DNA from: Escherichia phage T4_ev151
Strand: one strand, 5' to 3'
Sequence record: LR597660
DNA: 64,000 bases
In this document: positions 60,967-64,000 of the stretch, piece by piece
Numbering within the stretch: the stretch's first letter is position 1
Layout: each line of letters opens with the position of its first letter
The notes under the pieces: generated by a model
Database searches by the model: none
What the model was told of the DNA's origin: nothing
The model's input: the letters and a program-made list of their open reading frames with translations, nothing else
Position numbers and translations under genes: made by a program

Positions 60967-64000
<3,034 letters not shown>

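Overview
This window is a segment of a T4-like (Tevenvirinae) myovirus genome, read entirely by eye without tools, so every homology call is from recalled protein sequences and motifs. Bases 1-41267 are a minus-strand early/middle region running from gene 46 to gene 4: 46, 47, a-gt, 55, nrdH, nrdG, nrdD, 49, pin, nrdC, a long run of nrdC.x-like ORFs, tk, regB, denV, e, nudE, a tRNA/stable-RNA cluster with segB, 57B, 57A, 1, 3, 2 and 4. Bases 41315-64000 are the plus-strand late module: baseplate genes 53, 5, 5.4 and 6-12, wac, neck genes 13-15 and terminase 16-17 (17 truncated at the window end). The phage is close to T4 but not T4: lysozyme differs at about four residues, nrdD has no intron, and the internal-protein, tRNA and homing-endonuclease content differs. 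The ORF track accepts GTG/TTG starts, so many starts were re-assigned to an internal ATG with a Shine-Dalgarno sequence. Most worth a second look: three internal-protein paralogs sharing an N-terminal capsid-targeting sequence with divergent cargo, a TARG1-like macrodomain gene, the anti-CBASS genes acb1 (57B) and acb2 (vs.4), a GrcA-like gene whose 3' half has host-like composition, and homing endonucleases inserted between genes 13/14 and beside the tRNA array where tRNA-Gln is missing. No CRISPR array or rRNA was found.
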